Part shown: positions 48,546-58,169 of the stretch, in pieces
How the letters are laid out: each line of letters opens with the position of its first letter
Numbering within the stretch: position 1 is the first letter of the stretch
Assembly: GCA_902787305.1 (NCBI GenBank)
Contig: CADAFS010000009.1
Coordinates: forward strand, 1 to 59,860
DNA: 59,860 nucleotides
From: an uncultured Pseudomonadota bacterium
GTDB taxonomy: Bacteria > Pseudomonadota > Alphaproteobacteria > Rs-D84
Direction of reading: 5' to 3'
Notes under the pieces: generated by a model
Databases searched by the model: none
What the model was told of the DNA's origin: nothing
What the model saw: only the letters and a program-made list of their open reading frames with translations
Made by a program: the position numbers and the translations under genes

Positions 48546-51224
48546 ATGTATAAATATATTGTTATGCCTTTTGTTGCATTGGTTGCGTGCAATGCGTATG
48601 GCAGTTTCGATTTTGCAAATTATACCCCGACATTGGGAACGGACAGCGCATATACAATAACCTTTACCCAGGTTGCGAATAACAGCGCACCAAATACCAT
48701 TACTACATATTCAGTTGATACAAATGATTATTCCATTACACCGGTTTATTATACGTATTCGGTCGTTCATGGTGGCGCAACAAATAATCATTTGAATGTA
48801 AATTCAAGCACAAGTCCGGATATAACAGAATCTTTTATATTACAGACGTCAAATTTAGGTGACGCTGGTGCGATAAATAATTCTGGTTTTAATGTCAATT
48901 CTATTACTGGTGATTTTATCAGTAATTCTATGGAATCGGCTTTGACAGCAGGGGCAATTAATAATCAATCTAATGCCACGACTTTTTCTATTACTGGTGA
49001 TTTTATTGATAATCATGCTACTTATGGTGGGGCAATCAGGAATAGCCATAAAGCGAATATTGGTTCTATCACTGGCAATTTTATTGGCAATTATTCTACG
49101 ACATTTGGTGGCGCCATTGTGAATTATGATTCACAAATAGATTCTATTTTAGGGAATTTTATAGGTAATTATGGAACCAGTTCGGTGGTTGGGGGTGGCG
49201 CAATAAATAATAGTGGTGGCGGCACAATAAATCACATTACAGGCGATTTTATTGGTAATTATACAGCAAATCGTGGTGGTGCGATATATAATTACGATGC
49301 AATTGGTGATATTACAGGAAATTTTATAGGCAATGTTGCGACAAATAATGCTGGTGCTATTTGGAACAAGGGCTCAATAGAATCTATCACTGGTAGTTTT
49401 ATAGGTAATTCGGCTACCGGGTATGCGGGCACTATTTATAATGATGGCACAATTGAATATATCACCGGGGATTTTATTGGTAATTCTGCAACAAATGATG
49501 CGGGGGCGATTTATAATGATTGGATAATAGGTAGTATTTCTGGAAATTTCATTGGTAATTACACAATCGAAACAAATGGTGGTGCGATATATACCAGTGA
49601 AAGCATAAAGTTTTTATCAGAAACAGATAATTATGTTATATCGGGTAATTATGCCGGAGACAAAGATATTGCCATAACTGTGGGTGATGATTACGATGTA
49701 TCAAAGGATATATTTATCACGTTTGAGAATAACAATTCTACGCATTATATCGTGAATGATGAAATCAGAAATGATATAACGGTTGATAGTCCATACAGCA
49801 TAACCGTGACTGGTGATGGCACGGGATACACGCAATTCAATAATGATTTGCATAATGTCAATACTATAAATATAAACAACGGAACAATGATTTTTGGACA
49901 AACGCCCGACAATTATACCAGAACGGCAGATATTGGGCATTTTGTTGGTACGAATAACCCAACTATGAATTTGGAAAACGGAATATTTAATATCGCAAAT
50001 GGTTATACGGAAACTATTACATTGACCGGTCTGAATTCTGTTGGGAATAATAACTTTATTGCGTTGGATTTAGATGTTGCGAATAACAGTGCGGATTTTA
50101 TAACCGTGACTGACAACATATCGGGACAGATTAATCTGGTTGTTCAATCTTTGTCCGACTTGGATATAGGCAATGATATAATCTGGTTTGCGGACGTGAA
50201 TACGGATGATGCCGATTTATTTAATCTGTATTCTGTGTCTGGGTTGGATTACGAATTGGGATTATATTTTGATGAAGATAATCATAAATACGGATTGCTG
50301 AGATTGGGAAATGTTCCGGTAAAAACTTTGTCGGCGGCCGTGTTGCAAAAGGTGAATCATGGTGCCGTGGCTGTTACGCATACTGTTAAAAAACTAACGG
50401 GTTCGATGCACAAAAGGGTCGGCGAATTGCAATGGGGGCTAAAAGATACAGAACAAAGACCGGGGTTGAATAACGCTTTTTGGACGCGTAATGTTTATAG
50501 AAATTTTGATATAGGCGACGGTTCTATGGTGTTGTCGGGTATAGAGTTTGGATATGACAGGGTTGTATTATCAAGCAATAATTACAAATTGTATATCGGT
50601 GGTTTGGGGTATGTTTCCGGTGGAAATAGCGAAATGAAGGACAACAAACTTGATATCGGCGGATATGGTTTGGGTGCATATATAATGTTGCTTGGGAAAT
50701 CGGGTTGGTTTGGCGATTTGGTGTTTAGACAACATTTTATTGATATGGATTCGTTGAGTGAAAAAAATAATTACACCGCAAGCACTTTGGATATAGAGGT
50801 TGGTAAAGATTTTGTCTTTGGTGGTGATACCGATAAATTAAATTGGTTTATAAAACCGTCCATAGGTGGGACTTTTATCGCGATACAGGATGCAAAAATT
50901 GATTCATTTGAAATCAAAGGTTCAACATCTGCGATGGGGGCCATGTCTGTTATGACGGGGCCAAGATGGAAACTTGAAAATGGCGGTAAATCCCAGATTT
51001 ATGGTAAGGTGGGATATCTGTTGGATGCCGCCGCCGATGTGGATGTTATGGTAAGTAGTGTTAGTACAAAACAAGATGTCGCGACAAATACCCTGGAAAT
51101 TGGTGGCGGGTTTAATTATTCCGGGATTGGGGATTCAACGAATATCTATTTAGAAGCATTGTATATCACGGGAAGCGAGTATTCAGAAGTATCGGGTAAT
51201 TTTGGATTCAGGTATGCTTTTTAA
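48546..51224 (+). CDS. Autotransporter adhesin with Pmp-like GGAI/FxxN repeats
   Basis: About nine GGAI.N...ITGDFIGN repeats; autochaperone-like region; barrel ending GFRYAF. Confidence 0.85.
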   Translation: MYKYIVMPFVALVACNAYGSFDFANYTPTLGTDSAYTITFTQVANNSAPNTITTYSVDTNDYSITPVYYTYSVVHGGATNNHLNVNSSTSPDITESFILQTSNLGDAGAINNSGFNVNSITGDFISNSMESALTAGAINNQSNATTFSITGDFIDNHATYGGAIRNSHKANIGSITGNFIGNYSTTFGGAIVNYDSQIDSILGNFIGNYGTSSVVGGGAINNSGGGTINHITGDFIGNYTANRGGAIYNYDAIGDITGNFIGNVATNNAGAIWNKGSIESITGSFIGNSATGYAGTIYNDGTIEYITGDFIGNSATNDAGAIYNDWIIGSISGNFIGNYTIETNGGAIYTSESIKFLSETDNYVISGNYAGDKDIAITVGDDYDVSKDIFITFENNNSTHYIVNDEIRNDITVDSPYSITVTGDGTGYTQFNNDLHNVNTININNGTMIFGQTPDNYTRTADIGHFVGTNNPTMNLENGIFNIANGYTETITLTGLNSVGNNNFIALDLDVANNSADFITVTDNISGQINLVVQSLSDLDIGNDIIWFADVNTDDADLFNLYSVSGLDYELGLYFDEDNHKYGLLRLGNVPVKTLSAAVLQKVNHGAVAVTHTVKKLTGSMHKRVGELQWGLKDTEQRPGLNNAFWTRNVYRNFDIGDGSMVLSGIEFGYDRVVLSSNNYKLYIGGLGYVSGGNSEMKDNKLDIGGYGLGAYIMLLGKSGWFGDLVFRQHFIDMDSLSEKNNYTASTLDIEVGKDFVFGGDTDKLNWFIKPSIGGTFIAIQDAKIDSFEIKGSTSAMGAMSVMTGPRWKLENGGKSQIYGKVGYLLDAAADVDVMVSSVSTKQDVATNTLEIGGGFNYSGIGDSTNIYLEALYITGSEYSEVSGNFGFRYAF

Positions 51225-51299
51225 AGAATATCACAAAAGATTACTTGACTTTGCGGGTTTTTTGTTATAAATTATCCCGGCAATTATAAAGGATTTGAT

Positions 51300-51671
51300 A
51301 TGCCACGTGTATGTAAAGTTACAGGTAAAAAAACAGAAGTCGGTATGAATGTTTCGCATTCTGAACGTCATACAAAGCGCACGTTCTTGCCGAATCTGCA
51401 TGTTTTGAAGTTCCATAGTGATATTTTGGGACGGGATTTTTCGTTGCGTTTGTCGGCCGCGGGTTTGCGGACACTGACCAAGCACGGCGGATTGGATGCC
51501 TATGTCATGGCAAAGCCGATTTCGCGCCTTGCCCCGGAAATGGCGGAAATTAAACGCGCGATTATTAAAAAGAATGGCGCGCCGGTGAAACCCGTGAAAA
51601 AACCGACGCACAAGGCGAATCGCAGTGCGCGTTTGGTGAAAAAGGTCGAATCGAAAAAGACCGCAAAATAA
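51300..51671 (+). CDS. rpmB: 50S ribosomal protein L28
   Basis: RVCKVTGK, NVSHS..HTKRTFLPNL, GGLD; basic C-terminal extension. Confidence 0.95.
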   Translation: MPRVCKVTGKKTEVGMNVSHSERHTKRTFLPNLHVLKFHSDILGRDFSLRLSAAGLRTLTKHGGLDAYVMAKPISRLAPEMAEIKRAIIKKNGAPVKPVKKPTHKANRSARLVKKVESKKTAK

Positions 51672-51683
51672 TAAAAGTCGTCT

Positions 51684-51768
51684 GGCCCTGTGGTGGAATT
51701 GGTAGACGCGCTTGACTCAAAATCAAGTTCCGCAAGGAGTGTCGGTTCAAGTCCGACCAGGGCCACCA
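51684..51768 (+). tRNA. tRNA-Leu(CAA)
   Basis: Type II cloverleaf; cttga-ctCAAaa-tcaag; encoded CCA. Confidence 0.97.
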
Positions 51769-51929
51769 CCAATTTTCGTTAATAAAAATCCGCCGTTTGG
51801 CGGATTTTTGTTTAAGAAAATTGAGTGCCGCGGCGGAGTGTGCAAAGCGCACGAAGACGGGCAATCGTTTCATATTGTTTTGTATTGTGATTCTGTGATA
51901 TAATCTGACGGTAAAGAAAAGAGACATCT

Positions 51930-52250
51930 ATGAAAAAATCTGTTAAAAATAAAAATTCAAAAGATATATGGCGCTGGGTTGTATTGGTGCCCGCAATTTG
52001 TGTGACGTGGTTGGTTGTGGTGTTCGGTTGGGCATTTATAGAAGGTTTTCTTTATAGATGGGAATTTTGGCAATCTTTGGGTGAATCCTTTATTATTGTG
52101 GATTTCTTTATTTTGCCAAGTATCGCAATATTTTTTGTGGCAAGGTGGATTGCGCCTAAATATAAAAATATAACTGCTATTTCTGCGGGTGTGTTGAGTG
52201 TTTTATGGGGTGTGTATTTCCTTTATGGATTAAGCCATATGGCGTATTGA
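51930..52250 (+). CDS. Hypothetical membrane protein (3 TM)
   Basis: Three hydrophobic segments. Confidence 0.65.
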   Translation: MKKSVKNKNSKDIWRWVVLVPAICVTWLVVVFGWAFIEGFLYRWEFWQSLGESFIIVDFFILPSIAIFFVARWIAPKYKNITAISAGVLSVLWGVYFLYGLSHMAY

Positions 52251-52252
52251 TA

Positions 52253-52825
52253 TTACAACGCGAACATCAACAGAATCCCGATGCCGGCGATGATGATTGC
52301 GCCGATGGTCAATGGCCAAAAGAATTTTTTTACAATTGCGTTCGCGCGTTCTTGGAATCGCCAGAGCAGGTAGCCGACGATTGCGAATCGGCCGGTGCGT
52401 AAAATCGCCGACAGCCCCAGGAACAACACCGCCGGAAAACCCATGAATCCCGCGCATATTGCCATAAGTTTATATGGAACCGGGGTCACGGCCGTCAAAA
52501 ATATGATAAATATGCCATGCTTTATAAATAAACTTTGTGCCAGTTCGAATTTTTCCATGCTTGCGAAATTATTGATAAGCCAAATCCCAACCGAATCGAA
52601 AAGCCACATGCCAATGCAATATGCGATAATTCCGCCGACAATTGACCCAAGTGATGCCGCCAAAACGACCGGGACGGCGCGTTTTTTATTTGCGATTATG
52701 GGTGGGGTCATAAAAACTTCTGGGGGAATAAATAAAAATATCGATTCGCATACCGTTAGGATGAAAACCGCCCATGTGTATGCTTTGCTTTCCGCACGCG
52801 CCAGCAAGTATTCAGAAAATTTCAT
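52253..52825 (-). CDS. YqaA/DedA family membrane protein
   Basis: ESIFLFIPPE, SLGSIVGG, TPVPYK, RTGRF. Confidence 0.88.
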   Translation of the reverse strand: MKFSEYLLARAESKAYTWAVFILTVCESIFLFIPPEVFMTPPIIANKKRAVPVVLAASLGSIVGGIIAYCIGMWLFDSVGIWLINNFASMEKFELAQSLFIKHGIFIIFLTAVTPVPYKLMAICAGFMGFPAVLFLGLSAILRTGRFAIVGYLLWRFQERANAIVKKFFWPLTIGAIIIAGIGILLMFAL

Positions 52826-52911
52826 AATTTTATCCCCAATGTAAAAATTTTTTCTTGATTATGGTTGAATATCTTATACCGTAGAATACAATGATAGCAA
52901 CGGATACGTCA

Positions 52912-53271
52912 ATGCCAAAAAAACATACTGATTCAAATAGAAACGAACGCGTCGCCGCCAAGGTGCATACCATTGTGGCGGAAATTTTGCGCAAAGATTA
53001 CGCGGATGACCCGATAATTTCCAAGGTGTCACTTGTTGGTGCGGATGCGCACGGGGGATTGCAATTTGTGCGATTGTTCTTTCATTGCCCGATTGATGAT
53101 ATTGATGTTGCAAAGCGTGCATTGGATATAGAAACGCGAACGATTCGCTTTAAAATGGGACAACAGATTGACCAAAAATACGTGCCACAGATACGGTTCA
53201 CATATGATGATACGTTAGAGAGGGCAGAGAGGATAGAAGAGTTGTTGGGAAGTGTCAGTGTTAGTGGTTAG
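52912..53271 (+). CDS. rbfA: Ribosome-binding factor A
   Basis: RNERVA, KYVPQIRFTYDDTLERAERIEELL. Confidence 0.85.
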   Translation: MPKKHTDSNRNERVAAKVHTIVAEILRKDYADDPIISKVSLVGADAHGGLQFVRLFFHCPIDDIDVAKRALDIETRTIRFKMGQQIDQKYVPQIRFTYDDTLERAERIEELLGSVSVSG

Positions 53272-53673
53272 TGTTAGTGTAAGTGGTTAGTGGGGTTTGT
53301 TATGAAATCGGTAAAGGAGTTAAAAGTTTATAAAATGGCATTTCAAATTAGTCTTGACATTTATAAATTGACCGAACGTTTTCCGCGGGTTGAGCAATTT
53401 GGTCTGGTGTCACAGATGCGCCGTGCCGCTGTTTCGGTTTGTTCAAATTTGGTAGAAGGGGCTTCGCGTGGGACAACAAAAGATTATTTACATTTTGTGC
53501 ATGTCGCAAAAGGAAGTGCATCGGAATTAGGGTGTCAGATAGATTTGTCAGCGGCGTTGGGATTCATCAAGGAACCATTTGCAAAAAAATTAAAGAGTGA
53601 TATAAATGAAATACTAAGGATGTTATCGGGTTTGGTAAATACACTAACACTAACCACTAGCACTAGCCACTAA
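53251..53673. mobile_element. Four-helix-bundle cassette bracketed by inverted TTAGTG/TTAGTGG arrays
   Basis: Left array 53251-53292; right array 53641-53673 (reverse complement). Confidence 0.6.
53302..53673 (+). CDS. Four-helix-bundle protein (23S rRNA IVP / Avd-like)
   Basis: [45 protein letters not shown]. Confidence 0.92.
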   Translation: MKSVKELKVYKMAFQISLDIYKLTERFPRVEQFGLVSQMRRAAVSVCSNLVEGASRGTTKDYLHFVHVAKGSASELGCQIDLSAALGFIKEPFAKKLKSDINEILRMLSGLVNTLTLTTSTSH

Positions 53674-53678
53674 AAGTC

Positions 53679-55466
53679 ATGAAACAAGAAAATATACGAA
53701 ATTTTTCAATTGTTGCGCATATCGATCATGGAAAATCGACACTGTCGGACCGGCTTATTGAAATGACGGGCGGATTGGAATCGCGCGAAATGAAGGCCCA
53801 GGTTTTGGATTCTATGGACATTGAACGCGAACGCGGAATTACGATAAAGGCGCAGACGGTGCGGTTGAACTATCGCGCAAAAGATGGTCAGGTTTATCAG
53901 TTGAACTTGATGGATACGCCGGGGCATGTGGATTTTTCATATGAAGTGTCGCGGTCGCTTGCGGCGTGCGAAGGGGCGTTGATTTTGGTTGATGCGACCC
54001 AAGGGGTCCAGGCGCAGACACTCGCGAATGCGTATTTGGCACTTGATAACGATTTGGAAATGTTGCCGGTATTGAATAAAATTGATTTGCCGTCAAGTGA
54101 TGTTGACGCGGTCCGTGCCCAGATTTCCGATGTTATCGGACTTGACGCGGCGGATGCAATTGCGGTGTCGGGAAAAACCGGTGCGGGGGTCGCGGAATTG
54201 TTGGAAGAAATCGTGCATAAATTGCCGGCGCCAAGCGGTGACGAAAATGCGCCAACGCGTGCGCTGTTGGTTGATTCGTGGTATGATTCTTATTTGGGTG
54301 TTGTTGTGTTGGTGCGCGTTGTTGATGGCACACTGTGGCGCGGACAAAAGATAAAGTTTATTGCAACCGGTGCGGAATATACGGTTGAAAAAATTGGATA
54401 CTTTACGCCCAAAATGGTAAATGTCGATTCGCTTTCCACCGGGGAAATTGGGTTTATTATCACGGGCATGAAAACGATTCATGATTGCAAGGTTGGCGAT
54501 ACGATTGCGGATGCGCGTGCGGATGTTGATGTGTTGCCGGGGTTCAAACCATCTGTGCCGGTGGTGTTTTCTTCGTTCTTTCCGGTGGAATCGGACGATT
54601 ACCCGACACTGCGCGAAAGTGCGGAAAAATTGGCGTTAAATGATGCGTCGTTCGTATTTACAACCGAAAAATCTTCGGCATTGGGTTTTGGGCTTCGTTG
54701 TGGATTTTTGGGGTTGTTGCATATGGAAATCATTAGTGAAAGATTAAATCGCGAATTTAACCTTTCGCTGATAAATACGGTGCCAAGTGTGCTGTATAAA
54801 ATTCATATGCGTAATGGTGAAGTTATCGATTTGGAAAATCCCGCCGATATGCCGGACATTACCAAGGTTGAATACATCGAAGAACCGTGGGTGCGCGCGA
54901 CGATTATGATGCCTGATAAATATATGGGTGGAATAATGCAACTTTGTTCCGAACGGCGCGGGGTCCAAGAAAATATATCCTATGTTGGCAACCGTGCGGT
55001 ATTGGTGTACCAATTGCCGTTGGCAGAGATTGTATTTGATTTCTATGACCGTGTTAAATCGATTTCTTCGGGTTATGCATCGTTTGATTATGTGGTAAAT
55101 GGGTATCAACAATCAGATTTGGTAAAGGTTTCAATTCTTGTAAACGAAGAAAATGTTGAACCGCTATCATTCATGTGTCATCGTTCATCTGCGGAAAAAC
55201 GGGGGCGGACGATCGTTGAAAAATTAAAGGACCTTATACCGCGGCACCAATTCAAAATACCGCTCCAGGCGGCAATCGGTGGAAAAATTATTGCGCGTGA
55301 AACGATTGCAGCGTACCGTAAAGATGTGACCGCAAAATGCTATGGCGGGGATATCACGCGTAAAAGAAAACTTTTGGAGAAGCAGAAAGAGGGTAAAAAG
55401 CGTATGCGGACGTTCGGTAATGTTGAAATACCACAATCCGCATTCATAAATGCACTTAAAGTATAA
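53679..55466 (+). CDS. lepA: Elongation factor 4
   Basis: [51 protein letters not shown]. Confidence 0.98.
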   Translation: MKQENIRNFSIVAHIDHGKSTLSDRLIEMTGGLESREMKAQVLDSMDIERERGITIKAQTVRLNYRAKDGQVYQLNLMDTPGHVDFSYEVSRSLAACEGALILVDATQGVQAQTLANAYLALDNDLEMLPVLNKIDLPSSDVDAVRAQISDVIGLDAADAIAVSGKTGAGVAELLEEIVHKLPAPSGDENAPTRALLVDSWYDSYLGVVVLVRVVDGTLWRGQKIKFIATGAEYTVEKIGYFTPKMVNVDSLSTGEIGFIITGMKTIHDCKVGDTIADARADVDVLPGFKPSVPVVFSSFFPVESDDYPTLRESAEKLALNDASFVFTTEKSSALGFGLRCGFLGLLHMEIISERLNREFNLSLINTVPSVLYKIHMRNGEVIDLENPADMPDITKVEYIEEPWVRATIMMPDKYMGGIMQLCSERRGVQENISYVGNRAVLVYQLPLAEIVFDFYDRVKSISSGYASFDYVVNGYQQSDLVKVSILVNEENVEPLSFMCHRSSAEKRGRTIVEKLKDLIPRHQFKIPLQAAIGGKIIARETIAAYRKDVTAKCYGGDITRKRKLLEKQKEGKKRMRTFGNVEIPQSAFINALKV

Positions 55467-55479
55467 AAAGGAAAATAAA

Positions 55480-55728
55480 ATGGATATTAGATATTTTTTA
55501 GATAAAAAAGTTGGTTGGCCGCTTTTGTGTGCGTGTGTTCGTTTGAGTCATGCGCGTAGGGATACGGCAGATTGGCTGAAAAAGGTGCGTAAAGCCAACG
55601 AAGGTGTGCGGGCGGCACGTCATGTCACCAGGGTGAAACCTCGTAGCGATGATGCGTGGGACAAATTGAATCAGGCAAAGGATTATCGTAGAAAGTGTTT
55701 CCGTGAAATGTTTGGGTTACAAAAATAA
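55480..55728 (+). CDS. Small basic hypothetical protein
   Basis: RBS; tightly packed after lepA. Confidence 0.5.
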   Translation: MDIRYFLDKKVGWPLLCACVRLSHARRDTADWLKKVRKANEGVRAARHVTRVKPRSDDAWDKLNQAKDYRRKCFREMFGLQK

Positions 55729-55738
55729 AGGTGAAAAG

Positions 55739-56125
55739 ATGTTTGATGATTTAAGACAACTTTTTTTGGTGACACGCGATATTAAACGTAAACGCCAAAG
55801 GGTTGGGTATTTGCAAAATAAAAATCTTGATGCCAAGGAAATGATAACCGCGGTGCCGGTGAATCGTTGCCCGGATTCCGAAATGGGAACAGTGTCAAGA
55901 ATGCATTGTGTGTTTTTATATTTGCAAAAAGGTGTGCCTGATGATAATTGTGAAAGATATTCCAGACGTGAATATTGTGATAATTCAAAATGTCCGGGCT
56001 ATGGCGCAAATAAGCGATATATAAGGACCACAAGAAAATTGCAATGCGCAGAGCGTGAATATAGGGAACTATTGGCAGCGCGTCGGCTTATGGTTCGTAA
56101 ATTATTTAGCCATTATGGTAGATAA
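55739..56125 (+). CDS. Basic Cys-cluster hypothetical protein
   Basis: C...C..C..C.N cluster between helical segments. Confidence 0.6.
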   Translation: MFDDLRQLFLVTRDIKRKRQRVGYLQNKNLDAKEMITAVPVNRCPDSEMGTVSRMHCVFLYLQKGVPDDNCERYSRREYCDNSKCPGYGANKRYIRTTRKLQCAEREYRELLAARRLMVRKLFSHYGR

Positions 56126-56142
56126 AACAAGAGAAATAAAAA

Positions 56143-56670
56143 ATGTTAGGTAAAAATTTCAAAGAAAGAGTAGATGCACTATCGAATGCACAGGACTATG
56201 TTCGCCTGTGGCGTGGGGAACGTGATAGAATGGGGTTTCGGTGCACGCGTGTCGATACTACAATTGATGAGTTCAATGGTGGGGCGCATAGTACATCGTC
56301 GCGCTGCGGGGATTATAAATCATGTGAAAAGTGTGAACAAAAATGCGAACATCAGCCATGGAATAGTGACGCTGTCGATTTGAATTTGAAATTGCGCAAT
56401 GCGCGACATGACCGTAATTGGGCAATTATAAATTTGTTCTTTGTGACGCGTAAAGGGGCGCAGTTGGCAAAATATGTATGGTTGAAAGCGAGTGTTGCAA
56501 AATTATTTAAGGCGTATGATGCCGCCCTTGATAAATTGTCAGGAATGAAAAGCAATGATCCGCAATATGACAAAGCGGTTGAAGATAAAAGGCAAAAAGA
56601 AATAGCATATTGTGATGTCGCCCAGCAAATGAATGTGGCGCGTGCAAAACTTTGGGTTTCTACAAAATAA
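56143..56670 (+). CDS. Basic Cys-cluster hypothetical protein
   Basis: RC...RCGDYKSCEKCEQKCEHQPWN. Confidence 0.6.
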   Translation: MLGKNFKERVDALSNAQDYVRLWRGERDRMGFRCTRVDTTIDEFNGGAHSTSSRCGDYKSCEKCEQKCEHQPWNSDAVDLNLKLRNARHDRNWAIINLFFVTRKGAQLAKYVWLKASVAKLFKAYDAALDKLSGMKSNDPQYDKAVEDKRQKEIAYCDVAQQMNVARAKLWVSTK

Positions 56671-56688
56671 AATAAAAGAGGAGCGGAG

Positions 56689-57693
56689 ATGGCGCATCAA
56701 TTCTTTTTTAATCCGTATATTTTGGATAACCTTAATGCGCCATCGCGCGGGTTTGATGTGGTTCAGGATATTTCTGAACCGCGCCTGCGTTTGTATATAA
56801 CAAGTCGCGGGGTGAAAACGTTCTTTGTGCGCAAGCGTATAAATGGGCGCGATCGTCGTATTTTAATTGGTAAATATCCCGATATGGACATCGAAGAGGC
56901 GCGCGGTGCGGTTGCAACCGTTTTGGATAATGCGTCAAAAAAAGTTTCGATAAAGCGCAAGAAAATTTTGTTTTCTGATTTTGTGCAAATGTATCTGAAA
57001 AATCGTGTACATCGGTCGGTTGGGTCGTATGACAAATTGGTGCGGTCGATAAATCAACATTTGAAATTGCTGTTTGATAAAAATGTTTCGGATATAACAA
57101 CCGATGATGTTCGTGAAACAATTGGTGCAATTGGTGGCGCGGCGATTGCAACACGTATGCAAGAATTGTTGCAAAGCATATTTCGCTATGCGTGTGAAAC
57201 GGGGTATGTGATATCAAATCCGGTGTCGGAATTGCCGCGTCAAAAACAAAATCGTCGGGCGCGGCCACTGAATAAATATGGTCTTAATCGATTGGTTGAA
57301 TCGATAAATAATTATCCAGATTCCACAATGCGGGCGGCGTTTTTAATGCTGATTTACGGGTTTGCGACTAAGAATCAGATTTTTTCTATGCAATGGGAAG
57401 ACCTGGATTTCAATCGCGATATGTGGGGTGAACGGCCGTTGTCTGATAGGGCGGTTGTGTTATTGCAAGATTTACCCCAAGACGGTTATTGGGTTTTTCC
57501 GGGACGCGGGCATGGGCATTTGACCGATCCGCGGGTTGCGTGGGCGCGCGTTATCGCGGACGCGGAAATCCCGGATTTGACGATGGACGATGTATATAAG
57601 TTTATCGCGCGGCGTCTTACCTGGGCCGGGGACAAGGAAGATTTGCGCAATAATATGAATGAATTACTGGATGAATTATTTGATATTGAATAG
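56689..57693 (+). CDS. Integrase-derived protein with arm-DNA-binding domain and degenerate catalytic domain
   Basis: N-terminus G.KTFF.R.R.NGR..RI.IG.YP...IEEAR (DUF4102/Arm-DNA-bind_3-like); core-binding NPV; catalytic motifs substituted. Confidence 0.8.
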   Translation: MAHQFFFNPYILDNLNAPSRGFDVVQDISEPRLRLYITSRGVKTFFVRKRINGRDRRILIGKYPDMDIEEARGAVATVLDNASKKVSIKRKKILFSDFVQMYLKNRVHRSVGSYDKLVRSINQHLKLLFDKNVSDITTDDVRETIGAIGGAAIATRMQELLQSIFRYACETGYVISNPVSELPRQKQNRRARPLNKYGLNRLVESINNYPDSTMRAAFLMLIYGFATKNQIFSMQWEDLDFNRDMWGERPLSDRAVVLLQDLPQDGYWVFPGRGHGHLTDPRVAWARVIADAEIPDLTMDDVYKFIARRLTWAGDKEDLRNNMNELLDELFDIE

Positions 57694-57809
57694 CGGGCGT
57701 GTTTGTTATGGTTTGTTATAATTCCTTGACAGCGGGGTGTGAAAGTGATAGTTTTATGGCGTATGTCATGTTGTGTGACAAAAGGTTTAACAAAAATAAA
57801 GGATGAAAA

Positions 57810-58052
57810 ATGTCAACTTTTGAAAAAGTAAAAAAAATTGTCGCAGATAAATTGGGTGTGGACGAAGCCAAGGTTACCGAAGCCGCCGCATTTGTGAATG
57901 ATTTGGGCGCGGATTCTTTGGATGTCGTCGAATTTGTTATGGAAGTAGAAAAAGAATTCGATATCACAATTCCTGATGAAGAAGCGGCGAAATTGGTGAC
58001 GGTTGGCGATGCAGTGAAATATATTGATGCGCATGCCAAAAAGGCAGAATAA
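57810..58052 (+). CDS. acpP: Acyl carrier protein
   Basis: [11 protein letters not shown]. Confidence 0.97.
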   Translation: MSTFEKVKKIVADKLGVDEAKVTEAAAFVNDLGADSLDVVEFVMEVEKEFDITIPDEEAAKLVTVGDAVKYIDAHAKKAE

Positions 58053-58169
58053 GTTTAGTCATGTTTTATTTTTCCGTCGCGTTTTTCGCGACGGATTTTT
58101 TTCTGTATTTTTTGCGGAAAACGTATTATTATATGGGCGTGATTTAACTCTATTAAAAGGATTTATGAT

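Noticed and set aside
53302-53673. Diversity-generating retroelement (Avd homolog)
   Set aside because: No reverse transcriptase and no TR/VR pair with adenine-specific mismatches. The 43398/43725 repeat is an in-frame intragenic duplication.
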